Origin: Macrostomum hystrix
Taxonomy: Eukaryota; Animalia; Platyhelminthes
Direction: 5' to 3'
NCBI GenBank assembly: GCA_950097015.1
Contig: CATNEN010000003.1
Location: 2,852,001-2,916,000, forward strand
Length of the DNA stretch: 64,000 nucleotides
The notes under the pieces: model-generated
Databases searched by the model: none
What the model saw: the letters and a program-made list of their open reading frames with translations, nothing else
Told to the model about the DNA's origin: nothing
Position numbers and translations under genes: made by a program
Shown here: piece after piece, positions 15,001-25,883 of the stretch
Layout: every line of letters begins with the position of its first letter
How positions within the stretch are numbered: the stretch's first letter is position 1

Positions 15001-18000
15001 TACACTTCGGACTCGAACTTTGGCTCGGCAGCAGTGCACACGGGTCTAATCAGAGCCGGAGAGACTCGCTACGTGCGCATCATAGTACGCAGGGGTCGCA
15101 ACTCGTACAGAGGAAGCGTTCGCTACGGAGTCAGCACTCGCAACTATGGACGCTGGGGTCTGAGCTACACCTTCGCTGGCCTCGGTGGAGGCGGCTCAGG
15201 CAGACCGCGTCCAAGACCGCAGCCGAGACCGCAGCCGAGACCACGTCCGAGTCATGGAGGTGAGTGCTGATGCTGCTGGCCTTGCGCTTCTAAACTGTGA
15301 TTCCCGTGCAGTGTGTCAAATATAAGTTAACGACTAAAGTGGCATGTGAAAGCGAGCCGCAGTGAAAAGCATTCTTCGTTAAAGTATTCGAGAAAATTCG
15401 CGTTTCTAAAGCGTCATCTTTTTATTTTGATTCGCAATTCGATAGCTTGCCAGCGCGTCTCGTCGGTGAATGCCTACCTGAGGGCGTCGAACGTCGGCAA
15501 GTGCTACGAGTTCCGAGTCACTGGAGTTCAAGGCGGCGTGGTGTGGGGCACTGACGTGTACACTTCGGACTCGAACTTTGGCTCGGCAGCAGTGCACACG
15601 GGTCTAATCAGAGCCGGAGAGACTCGCTACGTGCGCATCATAGTACGCAGGGGTCGCAACTCGTACAGAGGAAGCGTTCGCTACGGAGTCAGCACTCGCA
15701 ACTATGGACGCTGGGGTCTGAGCTACACCTTCGCTGGCCTTGGTGGAGGCGGCTCAGGCAGACCGCGTCCAAGACCGCAGCCGAGACCGCAGCCGAGACC
15801 ACGTCCGAGTCATGGAGGTGAGTGCTGATACTGCTGGCCTTGCGCTTCTAAACTGTGATTCCCGTGCAGTGTGTCAAATATTAGTTAACGACTAAACTGG
15901 CCTGTAAAGGCGAGCCGCAGTGAAAAGCTTTTTCAGTTATAATATTCGAGAAAATTCGCGTTTCTAAAGCGTCATCTTTTTATTTTGATTCGCAATTCGA
16001 TAGCTTGCCAGCGCGTCTCGTCGGTGAATGCCTACCTGAGGGCGTCGAACGTCGGCAAGTGCTACGAGTTCCGAGTCACTGGAGTTCAAGGCGGCGTGGT
16101 GTGGGGCACTGACGTGTACACTTCGGACTCGAACTTTGGCTCGGCAGCAGTGCACACGGGTCTAATCAGAGCCGGAGAGACTCGCTACGTGCGCATCATA
16201 GTACGCAGGGGTCGCAACTCGTACAGAGGAAGCGTTCGCTACGGAGTCAGCACTCGCAACTATGGACGCTGGGGTCTGAGCTACACCTTCGCTGGCCTCG
16301 GTGGAGGCGGCTCAGGCAGACCGCGTCCAAGACCGCAGCCGAGACCGCAGCCGAGACCACGTCCGAGTCATGGAGGTGAGTGCTGATGCTGCTGGCCTTG
16401 CGCTTCTAAACTGTGATTCCCGTGCAGTGTGTCAAATATTAGTTAACGACTAAAGTGGCATGTGAAAGCGAGCCGCAGTGAAAAGCATTCTTCGTTAAAG
16501 TATTCGAGAAAATTCGCGTTTCTAAAGCGTCATCTTTTTATTTTGATTCGCAATTCGATAGCTTGCCAGCGCGTCTCGTCGGTGAATGCCTACCTGAGGG
16601 CGTCGAACGTCGGCAAGTGCTACGAGTTCCGAGTCACTGGAGTTCAAGGCGGCGTGGTGTGGGGCACTGACGTGTACACTTCGGACTCGAACTTTGGCTC
16701 GGCAGCAGTGCACACGGGTCTAATCAGAGCCGGAGAGACTCGCTACGTGCGCATCATAGTACGCAGGGGTCGCAACTCGTACAGAGGAAGCGTTCGCTAC
16801 GGAGTCAGCACTCGCAACTATGGACGCTGGGGTCTGAGCTACACCTTCGCTGGCCTTGGTGGAGGCGGCTCAGGCAGACCGCGTCCAAGACCGCAGCCGA
16901 GACCGCAGCCGAGACCACGTCCGAGTCATGGAGGTGAGTGCTGATGCTGCTGGCCTTGCGCTTCTAAACTGTGATTCCCGTGCAGTGTGTCAAATATTAG
17001 TTAACGACTAAAGTGGCATGTGAAAGCGAGCCGCAGTGAAAAGCATTCTTCGTTAAAGTATTCGAGAAAATTCGCGTTTCTAAAGCGTCATCTTTTTATT
17101 TTGATTCGCAATTCGATAGCTTGCCAGCGCGTCTCGTCGGTGAATGCCTACCTGAGGGCGTCGAACGTCGGCAAGTGCTACGAGTTCCGAGTCACTGGAG
17201 TTCAAGGCGGCGTGGTGTGGGGCACTGACGTGTACACTTCGGACTCGAACTTTGGCTCGGCAGCAGTGCACACGGGTCTAATCAGAGCCGGAGAGACTCG
17301 CTACGTGCGCATCATAGTACGCAGGGGTCGCAACTCGTACAGAGGAAGCGTTCGCTACGGAGTCAGCACTCGCAACTATGGACGCTGGGGTCTGAGCTAC
17401 ACCTTCGCTGGCCTCGGTGGAGGCGGCTCAGGCAGACCGCGTCCAAGACCGCAGCCGAGACCGCAGCCGAGACCACGTCCGAGTCATGGAGGTGAGTGCT
17501 GATGCTGCTGGCCTTGCGCTTCTAAACTGTGATTCCCGTGCAGTGTGTCAAATATTAGTTAACGACTAAAGTGGCATGTGAAAGCGAGCCGCAGTGAAAA
17601 GCTTTTTCAGTTATAATATTCGAGAAAATTCGCGTTTCCAAAGCGTCATCTTTTTATTTTGATTCGCAATTCGATAGCTTGCCAGCGCGTCTCGTCGGTG
17701 AATGCCTACCTGAGGGCGTCGAACGTCGGCAAGTGCTACGAGTTCCGAGTCACTGGAGTTCAAGGCGGCGTGGTGTGGGGCACTGACGTGTACACTTCGG
17801 ACTCGAACTTTGGCTCGGCAGCAGTGCACACGGGTCTAATCAGAGCCGGAGAGACTCGCTACGTGCGCATCATAGTACGCAGGGGTCGCAACTCGTACAG
17901 AGGAAGCGTTCGCTACGGAGTCAGCACTCGCAACTATGGACGCTGGGGTCTGAGCTACACCTTCGCTGGCCTTGGTGGAGGCGGCTCAGGCAGACCGCGT

Positions 18001-21000
18001 CCAAGACCGCAGCCGAGACCGCAGCCGAGACCACGTCCGAGTCATGGAGGTGAGTGCTGATGCTGCTGGCCTTGCGCTTCTAAACTGTGATTCCCGTGCA
18101 GTGTGTCAAATATTAGTTAACGACTAAACTGGCCTGTAAAGGCGAGCCGCAGTGAAAAGCTTTTTCAGTTATAATATTCGAGAAAATTCGCGTTTCTAAA
18201 GCGTCATCTTTTTATTTTGATTCGCAATTCGATAGCTTGCCAGCGCGTCTCGTCGGTGAATGCCTACCTGAGGGCGTCGAACGTCGGCAAGTGCTACGAG
18301 TTCCGAGTCACTGGAGTTCAAGGCGGCGTGGTGTGGGGCACTGACGTGTACACTTCGGACTCGAACTTTGGCTCGGCAGCAGTGCACACGGGTCTAATCA
18401 GAGCCGGAGAGACTCGCTACGTGCGCATCATAGTACGCAGGGGTCGCAACTCGTACAGAGGAAGCGTTCGCTACGGAGTCAGCACTCGCAACTATGGACG
18501 CTGGGGTCTGAGCTACACCTTCGCTGGCCTCGGTGGAGGCGGCTCAGGCAGACCGCGTCCAAGACCGCAGCCGAGACCGCAGCCGAGACCACGTCCGAGT
18601 CATGGAGGTGAGTGCTGATGCTGCTGGCCTTGCGCTTCTAAACTGTGATTCCCGTGCAATGTGTCAAATATAAGTTAACGACTAAACTGGCCTGTAAAGG
18701 CGAGCCGCAGTGAAAAGCTTTTTCAGTTATAATATTCGAGAAAATTCGCGTTTCCAAAGCGTCATCTTTTTATTTTGATTCGCAATTCGATAGCTTGCCA
18801 GCGCGTCTCGTCGGTGAATGCCTACCTGAGGGCGTCGAACGTCGGCAAGTGCTACGAGTTCCGAGTCACTGGAGTTCAAGGCGGCGTGGTGTGGGGCACT
18901 GACGTGTACACTTCGGACTCGAACTTTGGCTCGGCAGCAGTGCACACGGGTCTAATCAGAGCCGGAGAGACTCGCTACGTGCGCATCATAGTACGCAGGG
19001 GTCGCAACTCGTACAGAGGAAGCGTTCGCTACGGAGTCAGCACTCGCAACTATGGACGCTGGGGTCTGAGCTACACCTTCGCTGGCCTTGGTGGAGGCGG
19101 CTCAGGCAGACCGCGTCCAAGACCGCAGCCGAGACCGCAGCCGAGACCACGTCCGAGTCATGGAGGTGAGTGCTGATACTGCTGGCCTTGCGCTTCTAAA
19201 CTGTGATTCCCGTGCAGTGTGTCAAATATTAGTTAACGACTAAACTGGCCTGTAAAGGCGAGCCGCAGTGAAAAGCTTTTTCAGTTATAATATTCGAGAA
19301 AATTCGCGTTTCTAAAGCGTCATCTTTTTATTTTGATTCGCAATTCGATAGCTTGCCAGCGCGTCTCGTCGGTGAATGCCTACCTGAGGGCGTCGAACGT
19401 CGGCAAGTGCTACGAGTTCCGAGTCACTGGAGTTCAAGGCGGCGTGGTGTGGGGCACTGACGTGTACACTTCGGACTCGAACTTTGGCTCGGCAGCAGTG
19501 CACACGGGTCTAATCAGAGCCGGAGAGACTCGCTACGTGCGCATCATAGTACGCAGGGGTCGCAACTCGTACAGAGGAAGCGTTCGCTACGGAGTCAGCA
19601 CTCGCAACTATGGACGCTGGGGTCTGAGCTACACCTTCGCTGGCCTTGGTGGAGGCGGCTCAGGCAGACCGCGTCCAAGACCGCAGCCGAGACCGCAGCC
19701 GAGACCACGTCCGAGTCATGGAGGTGAGTGCTGATACTGCTGGCCTTGCGCTTCTAAACTGTGATTCCCGTGCAGTGTGTCAAATATTAGTTAACGACTA
19801 AACTGGCCTGTAAAGGCGAGCCGCAGTGAAAAGCTTTTTCAGTTATAATATTCGAGAAAATTCGCGTTTCTAAAGCGTCATCTTTTTATTTTGATTCGCA
19901 ATTCGATAGCTTGCCAGCGCGTCTCGTCGGTGAATGCCTACCTGAGGGCGTCGAACGTCGGCAAGTGCTACGAGTTCCGAGTCACTGGAGTTCAAGGCGG
20001 CGTGGTGTGGGGCACTGACGTGTACACTTCGGACTCGAACTTTGGCTCGGCAGCAGTGCACACGGGTCTAATCAGAGCCGGAGAGACTCGCTACGTGCGC
20101 ATCATAGTACGCAGGGGTCGCAACTCGTACAGAGGAAGCGTTCGCTACGGAGTCAGCACTCGCAACTATGGACGCTGGGGTCTGAGCTACACCTTCGCTG
20201 GCCTCGGTGGAGGCGGCTCAGGCAGACCGCGTCCAAGACCGCAGCCGAGACCGCAGCCGAGACCACGTCCGAGTCATGGAGGTGAGTGCTGATGCTGCTG
20301 GCCTTGCGCTTCTAAACTGTGATTCCCGTGCAGTGTGTCAAATATAAGTTAACGACTAAAGTGGCATGTGAAAGCGAGCCGCAGTGAAAAGCATTCTTCG
20401 TTAAAGTATTCGAGAAAATTCGCGTTTCTAAAGCGTCATCTTTTTATTTTGATTCGCAATTCGATAGCTTGCCAGCGCGTCTCGTCGGTGAATGCCTACC
20501 TGAGGGCGTCGAACGTCGGCAAGTGCTACGAGTTCCGAGTCACTGGAGTTCAAGGCGGCGTGGTGTGGGGCACTGACGTGTACACTTCGGACTCGAACTT
20601 TGGCTCGGCAGCAGTGCACACGGGTCTAATCAGAGCCGGAGAGACTCGCTACGTGCGCATCATAGTACGCAGGGGTCGCAACTCGTACAGAGGAAGCGTT
20701 CGCTACGGAGTCAGCACTCGCAACTATGGACGCTGGGGTCTGAGCTACACCTTCGCTGGCCTTGGTGTAGGCGGCTCAGGCAGACCGCGTCCAAGACCGC
20801 AGCCGAGACCGCAGCCGAGACCACGTCCGAGTCATGGAGGTGAGTGCTGATGCTGCTGGCCTTGCGCTTCTAAACTGTGATTCCCGTGCAGTGTGTCAAA
20901 TATAAGTTAACGACTAAACTGGCCTGTAAAGGCGAGCCGCAGTGAAAAGCTTTTTCAGTTATAATATTCGAGAAAATTCGCGTTTCTAAAGCGTCATCTT

Positions 21001-21535
21001 TTTATTTTGATTCGCAATTCGATAGCTTGCCAGCGCGTCTCGTCGGTGAATGCCTACCTGAGGGCGTCGAACGTCGGCAAGTGCTACGAGTTCCGAGTCA
21101 CTGGAGTTCAAGGCGGCGTGGTGTGGGGCACTGACGTGTACACTTCGGACTCGAACTTTGGCTCGGCAGCAGTGCACACGGGTCTAATCAGAGCCGGAGA
21201 GACTCGCTACGTGCGCATCATAGTACGCAGGGGTCGCAACTCGTACAGAGGAAGCGTTCGCTACGGAGTCAGCACTCGCAACTATGGACGCTGGGGTCTG
21301 AGCTACACCTTCGCTGGCCTTGGTGGAGGCGGCTCAGGCAGACCGCGTCCAAGACCGCAGCCGAGACCGCAGCCGAGACCACGTCCGAGTCATGGAGGTG
21401 AGTGCTGATGCTGCTGGCCTTGCGCTTCTAAACTGTGATTCCCGTGCAGTGTGTCAAATATTAGTTAACGACTAAACTGGCCTGTAAAGGCGAGCCGCAG
21501 TGAAAAGCTTTCTGCGTTAAAATATTCGAGAAAAG
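1..21535 (+). repeat. Tandem array of 558-bp (558-560) exon+intron units, at least 39 copies, near-identical
   Basis: ORF ends recur at 198, 756, 1316 ... 21408. Length differences between units fall only in the ~186-nt intron. Confidence 0.98.
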
Positions 21536-22611
21536 TCGTGGATCTGGAATGTCTTGTTTTATGCGGACACACTTTTTTGTACTGGTATTTTGCTTTTGCT
21601 TTAGTTGATGTTCTTCGCGTAATATTTTTTTACAATACTTTTATTCACGTTTCGTGTTGCTGACTTTATAATTATTTTTATATATTTTTGTTTGCTCATT
21701 GTAGGGCTTGGCAGGAAACCTGGCCAGAGACCCGCTAAGGGACCTGGCAAGAGACCCGGCAAGAGACCCGGCAAGAGACCAGGCATAAGACCCGGCAAGC
21801 GACCTGGCAAGAGACCAGGCAAGAAACCCGGCAAGCGACCAGGCAAGAAACCTGGCAAGAGACCAGGCAAGAAACCTGGCAAGAGACCAGGCAAGCGACC
21901 TGGCAAGAGACCAAGTAAGCGACCCGGCAAGAGACCCGGCATGCGACCTGGCAAGAGACCAGGCAAGAAACCTGGCAAGAGACCAGGCAAGAGACCCGGC
22001 AAGAGACCAGGCAAGAGACCAGGCAAGAAGCCTGGCAAGAGACCTGGCAAGAGACCAGGCAAGAAACCCGGCAAGAGACCCGGCAAGAGACCAGGCAAGA
22101 AACCTGGCAAGAGACCAGGCAAGCGACCTGGCAAGAGACCAAGTAAGCGACCCGGCAAGAGACCCGGCATGCGACCTGGCAAGAGACCAGGCAAGAAACC
22201 TGGCAAGAGACCAGGCAAGAGACCCGGCAAGAGACCAGGCAAGAGACCAGGCAAGAAACCTGGCAAGAGACCAGGCAAGAGACCCGGCAAGAGACCAGGC
22301 AGGCGACCCGGCAAGAGACCAGGCAAGCGACCCGGCAAGCGACCCGGCAAGAGACCAGGCAAGAGACCCGGCAAGAGACCAGGCAAGAAATATTTTCTGT
22401 ATTTCGTAGTTTTTTTACGCCAATGGGTATCATTTCCACATTAAATGCTTTTATTTTCAACATTACATTATCAGAAAATAAGTACATTTAAAAGTCCATT
22501 CTTAAGGCAGCGCATAATTTTGCCCCGTTCACCGTTGCAGAGCACAAGGCCAATAAGCTCATTGACGTCACTGAAGTGTCATCGTGTAACGAGGCAGCAA
22601 ACCTGTTTTAA
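1..22611 (+). CDS. Giant multi-LCCL cationic protein, 5' end outside the window. Exons: partial 1-187; 38 complete 372-nt exons (first 374-745, last 21026-21397, ~558-bp spacing); GKRP-repeat exon 21705-22382 (donor uncertain); terminal exon 22541-22611
   Basis: Each unit has a T-rich tract with acceptor ttcgatAG|CT and donor GAG|GTGAGT, both phase 1, so G+CT gives Ala and the frame continues. Motifs VWGTDVYTSDS..AAVHTGLI and YRGSVRYGVSTRNYGRW.SY.F match LCCL. The acceptors at 21704 and 22540 are also phase 1. Stop TAA at 22609-22611, AATAAA at 22656-22661. Confidence 0.88.
21705..22382 (+). CDS. Coding exon of ~55 tetrapeptide repeats GKRP/GKKP (12-bp unit), up to 226 aa
   Basis: Acceptor tttgctcattgtAG|GG in phase 1. 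Codon third positions vary (CCA/CCC/CCT, AGA/CGA) while the peptide is kept. Contains a 228-bp internal duplication (SKRP at 21914 and 22142). Confidence 0.8.
22541..22611 (+). CDS. Terminal exon (E/K)HKANKLIDVTEVSSCNEAANLF*
   Basis: Acceptor ccgttgcAG in phase 1. Frame, length and stop are conserved in the paralogous exon at 27569-27639. Confidence 0.8.
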
Positions 22612-22655
22612 CAGCTTCGTAGTTTTCCTTTGCAACTTTGTTTTTTGCTCGGACC

Positions 22656-22661
22656 AATAAA
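22656..22661 (+). terminator. Polyadenylation signal AATAAA of the LCCL gene
   Basis: 45 nt after the stop; conserved in the paralog at 27674-27679. Confidence 0.7.
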
Positions 22662-23153
22662 TTGGTGATGGGAACAAAGACTGCGGTTACGCAAATAGAA
22701 TACTATTCTCAAGGCGATACTTCGAGCCGCGAGGCTGTATGTAATCTCAAAAATATAAGTGACTTACTAGAAAACAACTCATGATGGAAATATTTTCACA
22801 GCTTCCGCGAGTCGTTCGTTCTTTCGTTGTCACGTGGCTTAGAAGTCTATATTTTAGTGTTATTAATTTTTGCGCCTTCCAAACTATGTGCAATTGAGGG
22901 AATATTTTGATACAGGTTGTCCGACTGAGCTACACGTCGTTATCTCGTAAAATTTATTTTTTAAAACAATTTCCTTTAAAAACTTACTGAAGTTTTACCG
23001 GAGTTACGAAATACTGAATTTACCTACATGCATCTCTTTAAGGTAGAAGTCGAACTAAAATATTTATAAAACTCTGTTTTTTTCAAGTCTTTGCTGCACG
23101 CCGGTCTCGTTTGTATTTTAGAGGCTGGCTGGATTCGCAATGCAGTACAGTCG

Positions 23154-24247
23154 CAGGGACAACTAAAACCCTCGGGACGCGAAACGAGCCAATTCATGGC
23201 AAAAAATCTGAGGGGCTCGCTTAAAAGTATTGTTCTATGGCTTTTTCGAGTCTTCTCTGCTATCAGGCATTAACGGTTAGATAGTAAATAGTAAAGCGAG
23301 GCAATGTCGAGTATTTAATTTAAAGAATAGGAACCAGTGATATAGTTACAATCTATTTACAATAAAGTAACCGCCATATCAACAAAAAAACTCCAACGGC
23401 AAGAAGATAAAGGGTGAAAGCGAAGATGAAACTCCAACGGCAAGAAAAAAGAAGCAAATACGGAACTCCAAGAACAAGACGACACAAACAGTCAGTAGCT
23501 CGTACATAAAGGAAACGCTGGAACTTCATATACTGAGCATCTAACTTCCGAAGCTATCTATCATGGGATGTCGTCGGTATTGGTGGGAGTTCGACGAGCG
23601 TCTTACTAGTCCTTTGAAAAAAACGTTGGCTAGCGGACGGGACACACTGTCCATGCTGAACTGTGTCTTAGTTGGAAATTAAAAGTCCTTAATAACATAA
23701 AACAGCTTCTGCACGCGAGTTGCGCGCGTAGGAGAGTGCAGAATAAAACTTCTGTAGACAGGATAAGTCTAATGCTTTACGCACACGCCCATATTGTCAG
23801 TCACTCTCTAAAATAATAAATTTTGGGTTTCAAGTTGTTTGGACGAGACTGGCATGCAGAATTGAAGCGGAATTATGCAGCAGTAATGACAGCAAATGAT
23901 CTGGTTTCTTACCTGTAGAATATTTGGCAGCGCCTTTCTCCATCGCTCTCGCTCAGCTGTGGATCTCTGGGAAACGCAAATATCCGTGTTCGAACGGCTT
24001 CAGAGTTGTAATTTGACGAGCACGGAAATACGCTGCACTTTCTTGGCATTTCATCAAGTGAATAAAAAATGCTTCTCTTGATATAGTTCAGCTTAGCTTC
24101 ACTGCTGGCCGCAGCTAAAGCAATTTTAATTTGCCTGATAGCAGAGAAGACTCGAAAAAGCCATAGAACAATACTTTTAAGCGAGCCCCTCAGATTTTTT
24201 GCCATGAATTGGCTCGTTTCGCGTCCCGAGGGTTTTAGTTGTCCCTG
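23154..24247 (-). mobile_element. Non-autonomous TIR DNA transposon (1094 bp) with a THAP-domain remnant; P-element-like, hAT not excluded
   Basis: 116-bp TIRs (23154-23269 and 24132-24247) and a perfect 8-bp TSD TACAGTCG (23146-23153 and 24248-24255). Minus strand 24049-23913 reads MPRKCSVFPCSSNY...RIFAFPRDPQL, then a frameshift, then ERWRKALPN and a CAG|GTAAG donor. Confidence 0.88.
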
Positions 24248-24441
24248 TACAGTCGGTTGGTACATTCTTACATAGGAACCAGTTGCTATGACGTCTGCTC
24301 AAATACTTGTCAAATAGGCTCCGAGCAACACATTCGCTGATCTCTTCTTATTGAAGGACTCTACTTTTTGAGTAGTCGCACTGTTAGCCAAACGAAGTTG
24401 TACTAGGCTATATAAAATTATCTTTAACTAATTGAATACAG

Positions 24442-24945
24442 CAGGGGTCGGCAAACTCCGGCCCGCGGGCCAGATGCGGCCCTCGAAGCTCCCAAATCCG
24501 GCCCGTTGCCCCTTCTGACATCTACAGAGTCCTGTTTCATCTCTCCCGTGTCTAATCTCTCCCGTGTCTAATCTCTCCCGTGTCTAATCTCTCCCGTGTC
24601 TAATCTCTCCCGTGTCTAATCTCTCCCGTGTCTAATTTCTCCCATGTCTTATCTCTACCGTGTCTAATCTCTCCCGTGTCTAATTTCTCCCATGTCTTAT
24701 CTCTACCGTGTCTAATCTCTCCCGTGTCTAATTTCTCCCATGTCTTATCTCTACCGTGTCTAATCTCTCCCGTGTCTAATCTCTACCGTGTCTAATCTCT
24801 CCCGTGTCTAATCTCTCCCGTGTCTAATCTCTCCCGTGTCTAATCTCATCTCTCCCCTATCTCATATTTATACAGTTAATGCGGCCCGCTGTCGTCTTTT
24901 AGGTTCTCTCTTTGGCCCGCCAGCAAATAAGTTTGCCTACCCCTG
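24442..24945. mobile_element. hAT (Charlie-like) MITE carrying an internal 16-bp minisatellite
   Basis: TIRs CAGGGGTCGGCAAACT / AGTTTGCCTACCCCTG and subterminal GGCCCG motifs. Imperfect 8-bp flanks gaaTACAG / cttTACAG. (atctctcccgtgtcta)n at ~24538-24860. Confidence 0.78.
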
Positions 24946-25815
24946 CTTTACAGTTTATTTCTTACCAGCCCCTACTTTTTCTTATTAGGTAAATACCTTT
25001 GTATTCACAGCTAATGTATTTACAGATTTTCGTATCGTTATTTGATATGAGAAAGATTCTTAGTAAAATATATTAATATTGTATTTTAGCTCTGAAACTG
25101 GTGCTACCAAGTCATGAAAACACAAAAATAAAATAGAAACACAAATTACTGGAAAGGCATTCGCTTCCAGTATCTCCAATAAACACGACACTGCGCGCTG
25201 GAAATCGTACAATCGTACAACAACTGTCAATCAACGATAGATTTTTCAGAGACACTCGTACTGCGGACGAGTACATTTTTTGGTGCAAAAAGCATTTATA
25301 TTTTGCTTGGTATATCAAACGACACGTTTAACAATCCATCTACGAGCTCGTACGTGAATGCGGTAGTTTTACTGTGCATTTAAAAGAAACAATATCCGCG
25401 TGTGTTTAAACTATTTTCAATTACAAGCTTATACTTAGACACAGCAACCTGAGCTCGTTTAGCTGCTATATTAGACTGAAAATTAATAGTTAAGCCATAA
25501 ACATTGTGGCTAATGAGCTTAGAAGAACCATTTTCCTATATGTACAAACCGAAATTGCAGAAACAAAATATTAGGCTGAACGTGCCTGGACAATGTGTGC
25601 CTGCAAATAATTGTCGCTTCACATACCAGCTGCGTGACTAAAATTCAACCACTAAGCTTTCTTGTTTTACTGTCCGATTCGTTACTGTTATAAGACGCTA
25701 GCAAGATATACAGGAAATTTCATTCTTGAAATATATTTTTTAAGTAGATGCCATTGTATGAGACGATGACAAACATCGATTATCAGAAGTCGTTCCAAAA
25801 CATAACAATAGTCAG

Positions 25816-25879
25816 TGCCACGTAGCCGACAAGTGACAAGCGGTATATAAAAAAGTTATACGAGTCATCAGGCTTCAGT
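25816..25879 (+). promoter_or_regulatory. Core promoter of the WSC paralog: TATA box 25846-25852, Inr TCAGT 25875-25879, possible CREB3/XBP1-type TGCCACGT at 25816-25823
   Basis: TATAAAA lies ~31 nt before the A of TCAGT, just upstream of a signal-peptide ATG at 25884. Confidence 0.6.
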
Positions 25880-25883
25880 AACT

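Noticed and set aside
334-21177. Repeated 63-72-aa minus-strand ORFs (MHCCRAK...)
   Set aside because: Antisense shadows of the LCCL exon; their lengths change with intron polymorphisms.
355-21408. 39 separate 133-160-aa single-exon genes
   Set aside because: They start at TTG/GTG inside the intron, have no signal peptide, promoter or poly(A) site per unit, and in-phase splice sites explain the structure better.
21705-22382. GKR repeats as a neuropeptide precursor with amidation and cleavage sites
   Set aside because: Each KR is followed by Pro, which disfavours convertase cleavage, and the products would be single residues.
21601-22487. Minus-strand PGLL and CLVS repeat ORFs
   Set aside because: Alternative frames of the 12-bp repeat; only the plus-strand GKRP frame has an in-phase acceptor.
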